NCBI GenBank assembly: GCA_951406725.2 | Contig: OX597820.1 | Span: 6,944,001-7,008,000 of the forward strand | Reading direction: 5' to 3' | Length of the DNA stretch: 64,000 bases | From: Octopus vulgaris | Taxonomy: Eukaryota | Shown here: positions 41,090-54,577 of the stretch, one piece after another | How positions within the stretch are numbered: the first letter of the stretch is position 1 | Layout: every line of letters starts with the position of its first letter | Program-made: the position numbers and the translations under genes | Notes under the pieces: generated by a model | What the model was told of the DNA's origin: nothing | Database searches by the model: none | What the model saw: only the letters and a program-made list of their open reading frames with translations

Positions 41090-41462
41090 CACTTAAATAT
41101 ACAAATATGCACACATTCTTCGCCCTCAAACATACATATACACAAACATATATGCCTATATAACCAGACGTGAACATACATACAGTGCAGCTCACACATA
41201 TATAGACACATAATGTATACACATATATACAAAATATACACATACATATATATGGAGAGAGAGCTAGACCTAACAACATGTGCACATATACACAAATTCA
41301 TTTTGCTCTGCATGCACCGCCATATACATATTTACACACACATTCCCACAATCATTAATGAACATAAACAAACCTCCACACTCCTACACATACACACATG
41401 CATAAAAAACACGGATACATACATACATACGTCATATAAATATACAAACGTAATACACATAT

Positions 41463-41500
<38 letters not shown>

Positions 41501-42469
41501 GTGCGTATGCTTACATGCATGCATGTGTATGCGTTTGTATTTATGCATGTGCGCCCGTGTATGTGTATGTATGTGTGTGTGTGGATGAAGATTATTTTCA
41601 AGTGAAGATTATTATTAATTTCCAGAGAGAAAAAAAGTTAATATTAACATCGGATTAACTTAACTCGTAAATCACACAAACTGTTTCCTTCTATTTCTTC
41701 CGATTAAATGAGTCATGCATCCATATATATGTATATACCTGTGTATATATATATGTATGTATACACATGCATACTCACACGCACATGCACACACACTCGC
41801 TTATATATACGCATGTACATGCAGATGCATTAATACATACACAAACGGGAAATATATATATGTGCATACATGCATGGACATTAACACATTATTACATACA
41901 TACACTTCCATACATGCACACACAAGTGTGTATGTACTTATATATACACAGACCTCACATACACCCAACTGCACACATACATATGCTCTCATGATGTGTG
42001 TATGACTGTCTGTGTGTCTATATAGATACATGATGTATATCGAGAAATGGGGAGAATGGCAAAGAATAGATCATTTATAAAACCTAAACTCCAACGCTGC
42101 CGTAGCGTAAATATATTTTTAAAATGAAATGTTGTGCGAGGAGTCCATAAAGAGGTCCGTTACTCCATAAAACTGTACGAAGGATCTATGGCTTTATGCA
42201 ACTGATTACATATAAAACAATAATAGAAGTGAATATGAAACATTCAAACAGTGATTCTCTTGTTGCTGTTAATTATAATAAACACAATGTAATATATACT
42301 GGAGTGCCATGTTGAGCAGCGTCTAACAAATCCTAGTCCTTCATACATAGCTGTCGATTATATATATATATATATATACAAATATACATTGTGCATGTAC
42401 TCTACGAATTCACATCACATAACTCTTGCTCTTCTTATATAGAATGCATCCCGTATGTATGTGTGTGTG

Positions 42470-43230
42470 TGCCTTTTATCTTATCTCTTTTACTGGTTTC
42501 AGCCAAAAGACCAAGGCCAACATGGAGAACTGCCCATCATTGTGTTTGGGTTTCCGTTCTGCACTGTTTCTGGTGAAGTAGCGAACTAGACGGAGCCGCT
42601 CTCCTTTTTGCCTCCTACCACGATATGGATCTGTCTGGTATCTCACAAAAAAATTTGTTCAGATGCTCTTTGACGACCTCCACATCTACACCTTGTAACT
42701 CCGATGTTGATTGGCAGGATGGTGAATAATATTAGGGCCCCGAAACTCAAGATGATACAGTATTCTGTCCTTATTCGAGAGAGAGAAGACGGGAACTTTA
42801 GTATTATGCAGTGCCGTCAAGTTCAGTGGTTGATATAACTTTCAATGCCAAAGTTGGGACCAGACCTCCAAAGATCTTCCATATGTATATCACTGAATGC
42901 CTTTCTCGCATAGCCTCTCCCTGTAGCTCATCTATTTCACTGAGTCAATCTTATTTGAGCATTGGCGCTGGATTGCCTCAAGTTCCGCTACCAGTTTGAC
43001 TATCTGCAGTGACCACAGTTGGAAGCAGTAATTCACACGACTGTGGACAAATGTCATCCATAGGAACAGCATGGTGTCCTTTTTCTGGTTCTCACTTATC
43101 TCAGAAACCAACCATTCACCTACGCAACGTTGCCTTCTTGGTAATATGGACATGGAATTTTGCATCATTACTAGTGTGGATTCCCAGATTACACTTGGAC
43201 TCTGGGATTGCACTACCTTCTGGCCCTATA
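42470..43230 (-). mobile_element. CR1/Crack-like LINE 3' fragment with tail
   Basis: MLFLWMTFVHSRVNYCFQLWS..AELEAIQRQ..KIDSVK; IYIWKIFGGLVPT; LSFGALILF. Confidence 0.8.
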
Positions 43231-43789
43231 TATTCCGATTGTAGTAAGGAGGCAGACAGTGGAGCGCTTGAAACCTTTTAACATTGAATTGCATATAATT
43301 TCCATCAGACCATTGATAGAGAGACCGACAGGTAAGTATATGTCACCATATCAGAAGTGTAAAATACATACAATTAATAGACTTGTATGTATTTTTGAGT
43401 CAGTGTGTTGTTACTTGATATGGAACTCAGTAGTTGTTGTACATTGGAGAGATATAACTATTATATCCAAGATTCACATTCTCGTCCATTTGCTGTATTC
43501 ATTCTTTATATTTTATTTTCTGATACAAAATTTATAAAAGCATCTTCAGAACCATATCCTTCAATTACTTCCTTAAACTTATCGATCCTACATTCCCACT
43601 CAATGCAGCAAAATTTGCCATTGATCGTCAGGTGAAATTTGAATAATTTGTCAATTTTAATCTTATTCAACAGTATCCCAGAGCAAAAAGGCCCCATACA
43701 CTTTAAATGGTGGCCTCCGAAAGCAAATGCGTATTTCGCCTGGGCAACATTAAAAAGATTTTTTTATCAGACTCAATATTTTGCCACAG

Positions 43790-44045
43790 GGAAAGGAATC
43801 GAATTATCATGACTTAGTTGAGGGAGCCCTTGTCATGGGAATGCAAGAGGCATCATTCCCCATTAGAGTCGGCTGCCGTTGCTCTCCATCTCGATCGGTA
43901 CGCTATTTTCTACAAATGTTAGGTCTGGAATCCAGACAACTGAAGAAAGCCATCAAGGAAATAGGCAGGACATCTGAAGTTAGCTGGAGCTGGCTCTGGT
44001 TGATAAGAGGCCACAAATGGAAAGCTTCCGTGGGTGAACGCTATT
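43790..44045 (+). mobile_element. RLE-type non-LTR element C-terminus (Hero/NeSL-like)
   Basis: YHDLV..FPIRVGCR..SVRYFLQMLGL..KKAIKEIGRTSEVSWSWLWLIR. Confidence 0.65.
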
Positions 44046-44980
44046 TCAGTCCTCTCTCAAACACCCAGGGCTGAAATTCTTGTGACCCTGATATCCCTAC
44101 TGTTGATACAGAAGTGTTTCAGAAAACCTTGAAAAACCCTTGAGTATCTTCTGCAGTTCGTGCCTAGGGCGAAGCACCTCTGATGTTTATTTCACCCACT
44201 TATTTCACCTCAACTGGACTCAAAAAACAAAATATAAAAATATCTGACTTTTTTTCTTTCATTATTTGTAAATTTTTACAAATGTAATATTGTTGTTATG
44301 GGAAGAAACAAAAGACGTTGGAGACATTTCTCAATCACCAAATCATTCAAAACGTATGACTGTTTTGTTGAATGGGTTACGGAAGTTTGGACACATAAGA
44401 GTATCAGTAGAACATCATTGGCTGCCAATCTCGAAATATATTCTCTTGTCCAAATATTTATCATTAGCTCTGCACCAGAATATTTGAAGGGCTTACTAAG
44501 TTTCCAGCGTTACTTACATCGCATAATCTTAAGTTTAATTAAGCGAATGCTTTTTTCTATTCCCATCACAAACCAACTGGTTAGGGTTGGGGTATATCTC
44601 GCCACCTTCTTAGGAAATGTCGACCAATGATATAAGAAAGCTATCTGATTGTTGGAAGTTTTCATATTAAATTAAAAGCTCACATTTCCAAACATAACTT
44701 CTTTTAAAATTATTCCGTTCACTTTTGTCGTTACATTCTGTTCTGTAGTGATTTTGATGTTTCATGGTTACACTTTTGTTGTAGTGTTTATAAAAGTGTG
44801 TTACAACTGAAGAACAACCACAGCAGTAGTCCATAGGATATCTTTACTTATATATATGTAGTATAGTATGTAAAATACTTGTCGGGTATTTAACCAATAC
44901 CTCTTTGCGTTACGATGGTTGTAAAGAATTCCTTTCTAGCAGATACGCGTGGAAATGAAGAGAGGAATGATCTGCGTGTA

Positions 44981-45103
44981 CGACTCCGAAAGGATTAAAG
45001 GCAAAGTCGTACTCGGCGGAATTTGAACTCAGAACGTAGCGGCAGACGAAACACCGCTAAACATTTCGCCCGGCGTGCTAACGTTTCTGCCAGCTCGCCG
45101 CCT
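44981..45103 (-). mobile_element. SINE group A, 5' half
   Basis: Ends tctgccagctcgccgcct. Confidence 0.85.
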
Positions 45104-45808
45104 TAGAATAATATATTACACACAGCTCAATAATGAATATGTCCATCCATCACTCGTTAATGAACTTTAATAACACACATACTTCAAAGACTACACCACA
45201 CATACACACACTTACACAACCACGCACGCACATAACCACTCACACACATAGAAAGCCCTACACATACACATAGGTACAAACACTTAGTCAATATTTACCT
45301 GCCTGTATATGTGATGGAATTGCATTCCGTTCACTGGATTTTTGTCTCTTTGTATTTTATATTTTAGTAATAATAATAATCCTATTAAAACGGTTTCAGG
45401 CAGCCATTATGACAATACAAATGATGAGAATGCTGTAAACTGCACTCATTTTCAATATGAGACAAGTTACGAGCGATGTGTGTGAGCTGCCATTTTTCTT
45501 TGGTCGCTCCAATCAACAATAGACTGAACATTTACCTATTTCTTGTGTTTTCTCAAAGCATGGACATGTTCAATAGAGTTTAGCCTATAGCTTAAAGGAA
45601 ATATTTGCACAACGTTGTGTTGCGTCAAGCGCAGGAATTGTTAATCTTTGGTGCGAAAGCATCGAATCAATAAACGAAACGGTGTCTGTGGATTATGAAA
45701 GAAACACACACACACACACACACAACGGTGCTCAGTGAAAAGCGTATATACGTGTGTGTACGCGTGTATATGTATATATATATATATATATACGTAATAT
45801 GTATACAT

Positions 45809-45839
<31 letters not shown>

Positions 45840-46675
45840 CACACATATACATATACACACACGCATACATATATATATACATACACACACACATATATAT
45901 ACACACACATATATATACACACACACATATATACATACATACACACATATATACACACACACACATATATACACACACACATATATATATACATACACAC
46001 ATATATATATACACACACACACATATATATATATACACACACACACACACATATATACACACACACACACATATATATAAACATAGATATACACAGGAAA
46101 ATACAGAGAATTGGGGAGACAGACAGACATACAGACACTAACACACACACACACACACACAGGGGAGACAGGCATGTATACCTGAAAGATAAGATGGTTT
46201 TTGAAGAAGAGGAAAGTAACTAATGAATGATAATAACATTGGAAAAGATGATGATTATGATGATTAAAGAAGAGTAATTAGACTAATAATAATAATAACG
46301 CCATTAATTTGCATCATAATAAGAATGATGCTAGTGGTATTAAAGCAAAGCGAGAAGCAATGTTAATGGTGTTGGCGATAATGATAAAAGAGTGAATGGG
46401 TAAATAGATAGAAAATCTTGTATTAACAGGTGGAAGAGGAAAATAACGGCATGGGTTAACTTTCTGCCTGACTAAATAGCATTAAATACAGAAGTGAAGC
46501 AATGAGATTCTTGGAATCGATACTCTTCACAATATAGAGGAGTTTTCATCGACTGACAGCTCCTCTTATTGACGGAACTAAACCGGAAGTTGGTTAGCGA
46601 TCTGGTAGACGAACGTGGGAGTTAAACCCATAATATCGCTATATTTATAGTCTATGTAACGATACATACATACAT

Positions 46676-46711
<36 letters not shown>

Positions 46712-46712
<1 letters not shown>

Positions 46713-46841
46713 CCCTACCCACTTCTGCCCCACCTGTGGGAGGGGCTTTCTTGCCCGGATAGGCCTCATCAGCCACCTCCGGTCTCATAGCAGCAATTCC
46801 ACCAAATGATGTCAATGGTCATCTTCGAACCCGAAGGACGA

Positions 46842-46845
<4 letters not shown>
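46712..46845 (+). mobile_element. RTE (BovB-like) LINE extreme 3' end with C2H2-like motif
   Basis: PTHFCPTCGRGFLARIGLISHLRSH, then a ggtcatcttcgaacccgaaggacgaac tail. Confidence 0.85.
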
Positions 46846-46915
<70 letters not shown>

Positions 46916-47045
46916 TTCAGCAAAATTCAGATTCAGATGACTATGGTACTTAAGTTAAAGGCAACAGAATTTTGTATGGTATTATCCATATAAATCAAAC
47001 GGGGTGATTATAATCAAAATAAGCAACAAAGATATCGAAAGTTAG

Positions 47046-47130
47046 TGTAGTACAATTGTTTCATGCTACTTCAAATTTATTAAACACTGTATTACATCAG
47101 TTTTAAAATGTCGAACAATCTTCAGCCACA
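47046..47130 (-). ncRNA. Minimal hammerhead, core intact
   Basis: tgtgg-CTGAAGA-t-tgtt..agca-t-GAAAC-AATT-GTA-ctaca. Confidence 0.8.
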
Positions 47131-47322
47131 TATAGAATTTTTTAATTAAACGGACAATGCACATTCTTATACTTATTTCATTTGGCAACATTACAAAGAG
47201 GGTAGATATATAGACAGAGGGGTTAATTTCATCATTAAGAACATGGTGTTAATATGTTCTCGTCTGTAGATTTTTTATAAGTATAAGAATGCGCATTGTC
47301 CGTTTAATTAAAGAAGTCCATA

Positions 47323-47410
47323 TGTGGCTGAAGATTGCTTGACATTTTAAAACTAATGTAATACTAACAGTGTTTAATAAAATGAGGTAGCATGAAACAA
47401 TTGTACTACA
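47323..47410 (+). ncRNA. Minimal hammerhead, core intact
   Basis: tgtgg-CTGAAGA-t-tgct..agca-t-GAAAC-AATT-GTA-ctaca. Confidence 0.8.
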
Positions 47411-47899
47411 CTACCTTGGATATTCTTGTTGCTTATTTTGATATATATATATATATATATACTGATTTCACCGGCTTTGGTATTAGTTCTTCGTTCTTGT
47501 ATCTAGAAAGTTTTCCTATATATTTTAGCTTAGTTCAATAGTCTTCATATTCGATCATAATGGAGATTAGGCACCAGATTTTAAAATGACTTTATTTTGC
47601 GATTCACTTCTTTGCGAAACAGTTATCCGCTCAGCAAACCCTGAAGCACAATGAAACGGTGTTTTGCTAGTTGGAAACCTAGGAAAATCATGCCGACACC
47701 GATTCCTTTACAAAATAGATAAAATTAACCTGAAAACTCTGGATTTCCATTGCACAGATTTGGCTTTTGCCACACATTCTTATTAGTTCAAATATGATAC
47801 CAATCCTATACCGTATCTAATTAAATCGACTACATTTACCCGAAAAAAGTTGTGATGAGGCACTGTTAAACATGAATGATATTTCTGTTATATTTGGAC

Positions 47900-48165
47900 A
47901 TTTAATTAAGAACAGGCGAAGATTTAATTAGCAATAGGCGAGGACTTAATTAGTTGTAGATCTGTCTTAATTAGCAATAGGCGGAGCTGTAATAAACAAA
48001 TGAGAGCTTACTTTATTATAGGCAGGAATTTAATTAGTAATAGGTGGTAATTTAATCCGAAATAGTTGGGGAATTTACTAGCAAAAGCTAAAGGATTGAT
48101 AATAGGAGAGCTTTAATTATCAGGTCTGGTTTTAATTTGCAATAGGCCGAGTTTCCTTAGTAATG
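47900..48165. repeat. Degenerate ~22-bp minisatellite (ttaattagcaataggcgaggac)
   Basis: About 11 diverged units. Confidence 0.75.
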
Positions 48166-49045
48166 GATGTGGATCGCAAACCTAAATACTTCAACACTGG
48201 TATTGTTTCCTTTCTTAAAAGTCAACATCTGTGATTATATGCCGTAGGGCAGCCAGATGTATCGAGCAACCCGATTTCTTTCAAAGTATCTCTTATTGCT
48301 TAAGTCTCCTAGATAGACTATGCCAGAAGCAAATAAAAGGACAAACCTGATGGAATAAACCTATAATCAAAGGTTCAACAGCATCTGATCCTAGTTGTCC
48401 ATCATCTGGTTTGTTGCAGGGTTAAACAATGAAAATTAATTTGTTCTATTGGCAAAAGGGGCTAACATTTTTGGTGTGAGGGTGCGTCGATATTAATGAT
48501 TCCGGCGTACAGTGTTACCTATTTTATCGGCCCCACAAGATGAAAGACAAAGTCGAACACTAACGATAACAATTTATGTTACTATATGAAGATAGACGCG
48601 TAGCCACTTCGCAATCATGAGGACCATGTTTCTATCAATCTGCGTGGTGGCTTGAGTTGATGCGTTTTACCTGAGATAGAACGGCTTTGACATTCCCGGA
48701 AACTGTATCGAATCCCGTCAGATGGATTCATTCACAGGGCCATCGTTGCCACGCAATAAATCATAGAAGTGGCTACACGAAAGCTACATAACGACATACA
48801 TGTTACTGTTTTAATCCTTTACAATGTACGTCTTTTTTCGGATATATGAACTACTGACCTATAAGTGTGTGCGTTTGTGTCCAAAGAAAAAATATAAAAT
48901 AGTGCAATACAGTAGTATTGCTTCCCAGTAATGCAAAGCACTATCAGGTTAAAGTATAAATATAGAATAATGGTACAACAACGCACCTATATTTACTGGA
49001 AATAGCAATCGATAATATACGACGCTATAGTAAAGCTTCACTATA

Positions 49046-49099
<54 letters not shown>

Positions 49100-49299
49100 G
49101 TGCAGAGTGGCAAACAAAAATGTCCAAATTACCTGTAGAGAGAATATTTCAAGGACCTAGGTTTCGAACTTGTCATATTATGTTTGTTAGTGTCGTATAT
49201 TTCCAGTAAATATTGGTTCTTTGTTTTACCACTATTCTATATATATATATATATTATATACTCGTATTATGTAGATATTACATATATGTATAAAAAGAG

Positions 49300-49430
49300 T
49301 ATCTTTCAGTGTCCGTCTGCCTAATCCTCTCGCATAGCTTTGGTAGGCCCAAGGTTATAGAAGACACTGGCCAATGTTGCCACACACTGGGACTGAACTC
49401 GGAACCATGTGGTTGGGAAACAAACTTGTT
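49300..49430 (-). mobile_element. SINE group B, 5' fragment
   Basis: ggactgaactcggaaccatgtggttggg. Confidence 0.75.
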
Positions 49431-50417
49431 GATGGTAAAATTCCAGCGACGTGAACTTTGTATATGCCATCATGGCGGAGATAATGAACGCAGTAACAAT
49501 TGCTGATACCCCCACCCCTTTTCTTCTACTCCCTCCTCCACCTATTTACGGCATTTGGCCTATCTTTTGACTTCATTAACATCTCATTTTATCCAATATT
49601 TTAGAATATGTCGCCGATATACTCCGTTCTGTATAGACCCGATTTCCTGTTGCAGATATAAATTTATCATGATATAAATTATAACGAACCAGTTATAAAG
49701 TTATTATGTTGTTGAGTTTGTTATTTCTCCAGAATCATTAAATATCGCTGTGTGCCTCAATACATATGGAATCTATGTGTGTGAGGTGTGTGTGCTTGAG
49801 TATGGATGTAGTTTGTATGTTAATTAATCTTACTTTTTATACCAATTATACGAAATATTTCGTTAATGATACAATAAAATTGTAAGACAAATATCAATAA
49901 ATATATGAAAATACATAAAATGGTTCTACAACTTTTTTGTTGTTTTTTAACTGAAGATTTCTTCAATTCTTCGAAGAACTCATAATAAAGTTATGTTATA
50001 AAGCGAGTGTATTTGGCAAGTCTCAAAGAAAGAAATCATTTTCTCATTTATCATAAACATTGCGATAATTAAAATTAGTCTTTTCTCAAAACTGGAATAT
50101 AAAACAAAAACAGTTGAAAATCGATTTGGAAATTCATTGTGTTTTAACATTGCTCGTTTCAATGCAATAATCTGGTTTTTGTTCGCCGTATATTGTCCTT
50201 CTGTTTTAGATATATGGAATATGTCATACACACTTGCACAGAATCTATCTAGTTATCTAACTGTCTATCTACCTGCATACGTGTGCACGTGTCTGTGTGC
50301 ATGTGTTTGTGGGTTTATGCGTGTGAGTATAGGTGTGTGTGTATACACATACACACACACACACATATATATATACTCGTATATATATTTATATTCAGAG
50401 AGAGACAGACAGAGTGA

Positions 50418-50725
50418 AGGCGAATAGCTCAGTAGTTAGAGCGTCGGGTTCACGATCATGAGGCAGTGTGTTCGAATTCTGGACCAGGCTGTTTTATGTT
50501 CATTGCTCCAGTTTCATTCAGCTGTAGAAATAAGTTGCAATGTAATTGGTGCCAAGCTGTATCCGACTTTTCCTTTCCCCTGGCTAACATTGGGGGCGTG
50601 GGGAGGCTCGTATGCACGGGCCATTGCTGGTCTTCCATAAACAACCTTACCTGGATTTATACCTCAGAAGAGAACATTCTAGGTACAATCACATGGTCAT
50701 TCATTACCTATGGTCGTCTTTACCC
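50418..50725 (+). mobile_element. SINE group C variant
   Basis: tagctcagtagttagagcgtcgg...gttcgaattc; homologous to 32175. Confidence 0.85.
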
Positions 50726-50820
50726 ACTGTGTGTGTGTGTCTCTATACAAACACACACAGACATATATATATAGGGCAAAAAGAAAGCAACTAGTTTTAA
50801 ATGTATGTTGACAAACTTTA

Positions 50821-50880
<60 letters not shown>

Positions 50881-51334
50881 CAACGGTAGGACAGAAAGAA
50901 CACGACAAAAAACAACATACGCGGAACTGTAGAAAGACAATATGATACACGGACCATTTCTAGCAGATTTCCTCAACAGAGTCCGGAAAGTCCTAGCATA
51001 TATACACACACACACATATATATATATTGTTACGACCTGGTGGCCATAACCCTAATTTACAGAATCAACGATGATAGGGTGAACCCATAGCAACACATCA
51101 TGAAATTTTCTGTCAACTATTATTAGCAATTGTCAGCATCAAAATATAAAAAAAACAGCCTACATACAAAAACAAATTTATACACAAGAAAAAAACACAA
51201 TGCCAGTCAAAATATTTACGAAGGTAATATATGTATAGAGAGGCCAGAAATTCGAACTCAGAAACCCGGCTTCAACTTGATTTCACAAACTTGAATCTTT
51301 GACTCTGGATTCACAAATTTTGGCTTCACCAAGA

Positions 51335-51445
51335 TTGGTCGATAAATTAAGTACCAGTTACGCACTGGGGTTGATGTAATCGACTTAATCCGTTTGTCTG
51401 TCCTTGTTTGTCCCCTCTGTGTTTAGCCTCTTGTGGGTAGTAAAG

Positions 51446-51450
<5 letters not shown>
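51335..51450 (+). mobile_element. SINE group A, 3' half
   Basis: ggtcgataaattaagtaccagttacgcactgggg...tgtgggtagtaaagaaata. Confidence 0.85.
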
Positions 51451-51491
<41 letters not shown>

Positions 51492-51751
51492 TTGCTTTAT
51501 TAATTTTCATTTTATCAGACAATAACAACGAGTGTTGAATGTGGATAATGTTGATCTTCGCTTTTGTATTTGGTTTGCAACATTCGTGAATTGAAACAAT
51601 CTTTACATGTCTTGGGAGGGTCGTTCCGCCAACAATAACTCACGTACTGTTCCAATATCACTTCTTTATGGCTTGTCAATTTGTTGAGTATCACACCAAA
51701 GAACAAAACGGTTGTTTGTTTAATGCGCTGGTTAAACACTCAATTGGTTGT

Positions 51752-51797
51752 TTTCGTGAAAATATTTTCGTCGCAATTGGCGACTTCATTAATGACA
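51752..51797 (-). ncRNA. Decayed hammerhead in a PLE-like tail
   Basis: TTAATGA-a-gtcgc-caatt-gcgac-GAAAATATTTTC (palindromic helix III). Confidence 0.4.
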
Positions 51798-52166
51798 TGG
51801 CATTTCACTTCAAGATCAAAGCAGACGTAAGGAAGAGATTGTAGAGAGACGACATGCCATTGAAGAGGTCTTTGACAAATAAACAGGAATCTGTACATTC
51901 AAGACTACGAACGCACGTGCGCCCATTGACTCGCACAAACGCACACATGTAGATGCGCTTCGTTTAATCTTCCCCTTCCCTTCTCTAGAAAGTGACCACA
52001 CATCTACATACCCACAGACATATGACTAATTCTGAGACAGACCTTGATGTGAGAGGGCATGTTATTGATGGAGTTAAGGATAGCGGCAAAAGGGTTTTGG
52101 CAAACCAATAACCGATTCATTATTTAAACAACAAATTAAACAAACGTTCGATTAGTTAGTTGGTTA

Positions 52167-52352
52167 GATATTTTACCAATTGACTTACAATAAAGAAGCA
52201 ATATTGAACGAGAGCGTGTGTTTATTATTATTGGCGAAATGACCCTCCCAACAGACATCAAGATATTTTACCAATTGAGTAACAATAAAGAAGTGATATT
52301 GAACCAGAGCGTGAGTTAATTATTTTTGGCATAATGACCCTTCAAACAGACA
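52167..52352 (+). repeat. Tandem duplication of a ~95-bp unit, inversely homologous to 51608-51685
   Basis: gatattttaccaattga..caataaagaag..atattgaac.agagcgtg..atgaccct twice. Confidence 0.8.
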
Positions 52353-53113
52353 AGATATATTTTGCTGTTATGTGAAGTTATATATAGAAGAGTCCTCCAG
52401 AATTAAATGATTATTCAATACTTTTTAAGAGATTACACATTTATTAATTTTACAAAGAATTATTTGGCATTGACTTCGAAGTTTCGAAACGCTGATTGTC
52501 AGACAACTCTCTGGTGATAGCATGCAAGCCGAAAATTGATAGCCACTCTCAAACTTTTCCCTGTATACACACGCACTCCCGCATGTGCACAAGCACACAT
52601 ATTCATACACACATACACAAAACCAGAATGAATAAATTCTTGATTTATTGTGATTAGTTTTATTTCGGTAGAAAGTAAACAAACACCTAGGGAAATTTAC
52701 AACTAACTCCCAATGATGCAATAAAAACACCAAGGTAGCAAGAATTCACCGGAATTAACTTGCCGTTCAATATAAGTTGGTATATTCTGCGGTAAGTGGA
52801 GAAGCGGTGACGACTGACAATTATGTAAATAATAATAATAATTATTATTATTATTATCATTATAAACTTAAAGCTTATAAAAGATTCCCGTGTATTGGCT
52901 ACAGAAATATAATCTAATATTGGGGCATAATATCAAACGGAAAAAAGTAGGTTTAAGTTACTGTTATTATTTATAGTTTGAATCTATTTTGTAGCTGAGG
53001 AGATAAGCGAACACTTGTGAAACATGCCTATGTCTCCATGGGAGCTCTCAGCAGAGTGGCAGTGCTGCGGGAGCATGACCCCAGTTGTATTCATATATCT
53101 GTGAGTATGTGTG

Positions 53114-53157
<44 letters not shown>

Positions 53158-53323
53158 TGTGTATTCGTGTGAGATCAAACTACACACTGTGACACTTCTA
53201 TCAGCTGTTTGATCTGAGATTGCAACGATTTCAGCACCTTTCCACGGAACTTCTCTCCGGACCGATGCTAAACAGCACTTATAATAGCAGAGAATATCAG
53301 GGTCTATTTGACCTACACTATAG

Positions 53324-53364
<41 letters not shown>

Positions 53365-54577
53365 CTCCGCTAAACATACTTGCACCACACCAAACCTATT
53401 GCAGCTGTAACCACTCCAAACATTTTACATAGCAACTATTTTATTTCACGACTGAGAATGTGTTCGTTGCTATCAGTTTCAGTCATACGTGTACACTTAC
53501 ATATACATACACAGCATATATACATATACCCATATATATATATATGTATATGTAGGTCACAGTAGAAATAATTTCTAGTAGACAGTATAAAAAATTCAAG
53601 TATGTCTTGTTAAGAATTTAATATCAATTTCAGATCTAAAATAAACTTTTTGTATTTCTTTCCCGTTGTCTTTTCATTTTTATATCTTTCATGATTATTT
53701 TAAACCAAATTTTCTATCCATTTTCTTTTTTTCTATTCTCGCTCGCTTGTTTTCTTTAAATCTATCTTCTTTTACTGATTCTATCATCCTGTTGCTTTTT
53801 ATTTGTTGTCCTTCCTTCTCTTTTTCTAATTCACCTTCTTCTTCCCCCTCCTCTTCCTCCACTTCCTCCTCCTGTTGTTGTCATTGTTTGTTCTTATTTT
53901 TCTCTATATTTTTCAAATTCTACTAACAATCAATGCTGTATTGTTATTGATTCAAAAAATGCTGGTAAACAAGATTTTTCTTTGTGGATTTGTTAAGACT
54001 CCAGAAATTCCGTTTGTCTTTAACTGTTTAATAGTGACGCACAGTGCTCGAGGAGAGCATCCACTTTCTACTTACAATCAGCTCAACATTTTACCGGTGT
54101 ATTAGTTCATATATTTACTGGTTGTCACCTCTCATTCTCTGTGTTTACTTTACATTCTTCATTCTCAATATTCATTTCATAGCCCCGAAAGAAAATTCTA
54201 TACGAGAGAGTATTTCGTATATTCATGTTTTGATATATTTTTATTTCGCAATTTGGGGGGACAATACGGTCGTTGATTAGAGATTTCCCCGCTAGACATA
54301 TCACAGATCCACTGTATTTAAGACGGCACCTATAACAAATCGACAATATCACCAGTTTTAAAGTAACTCGGATTATAAATAGTGGAAGTTACCCGTACAA
54401 ACATAATTACATATAACTTGATATACAAACTACAAACTACTGTACAATCTCTATCAGCCAAAGACATTGATCTGCCTAATGCAGAGGTAGAAGATATTTT
54501 CGCAATATTCAGCGTAGCAGGTTCAAATCCGAGAGAAGGCAAAAGCAGGGCATCAATTCAGAAATAGTTATGGAAAT

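Larger units (their letters stand above)
46913..47442. mobile_element. Tail-out inverted PLE terminal-repeat dimer inserted in (TA)n
   Basis: Arms 47013-47176 and 47277-47442 are reverse complements; (TA)n on both sides. Confidence 0.8.

Noticed and set aside
43590-43637. Minus-strand CTGACGA followed by a 6-bp stem
   Set aside because: No GAAA after the stem
44298-44630. 110-aa non-repetitive ORF, faintly like a hAT dimerisation domain
   Set aside because: No convincing motif, splice signals or TIRs
47900-48165. Regularly spaced short repeats resembling a CRISPR array
   Set aside because: No unique spacers, eukaryotic context, no cas genes; it is a minisatellite
50418-50490. tRNA gene-like A/B boxes
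   Set aside because: Continues into a SINE body and lacks a proper acceptor stem; it is a SINE head
51028-51330. TG-initiated possible solo LTR
   Set aside because: No matching CA end, TSD or second LTR visible
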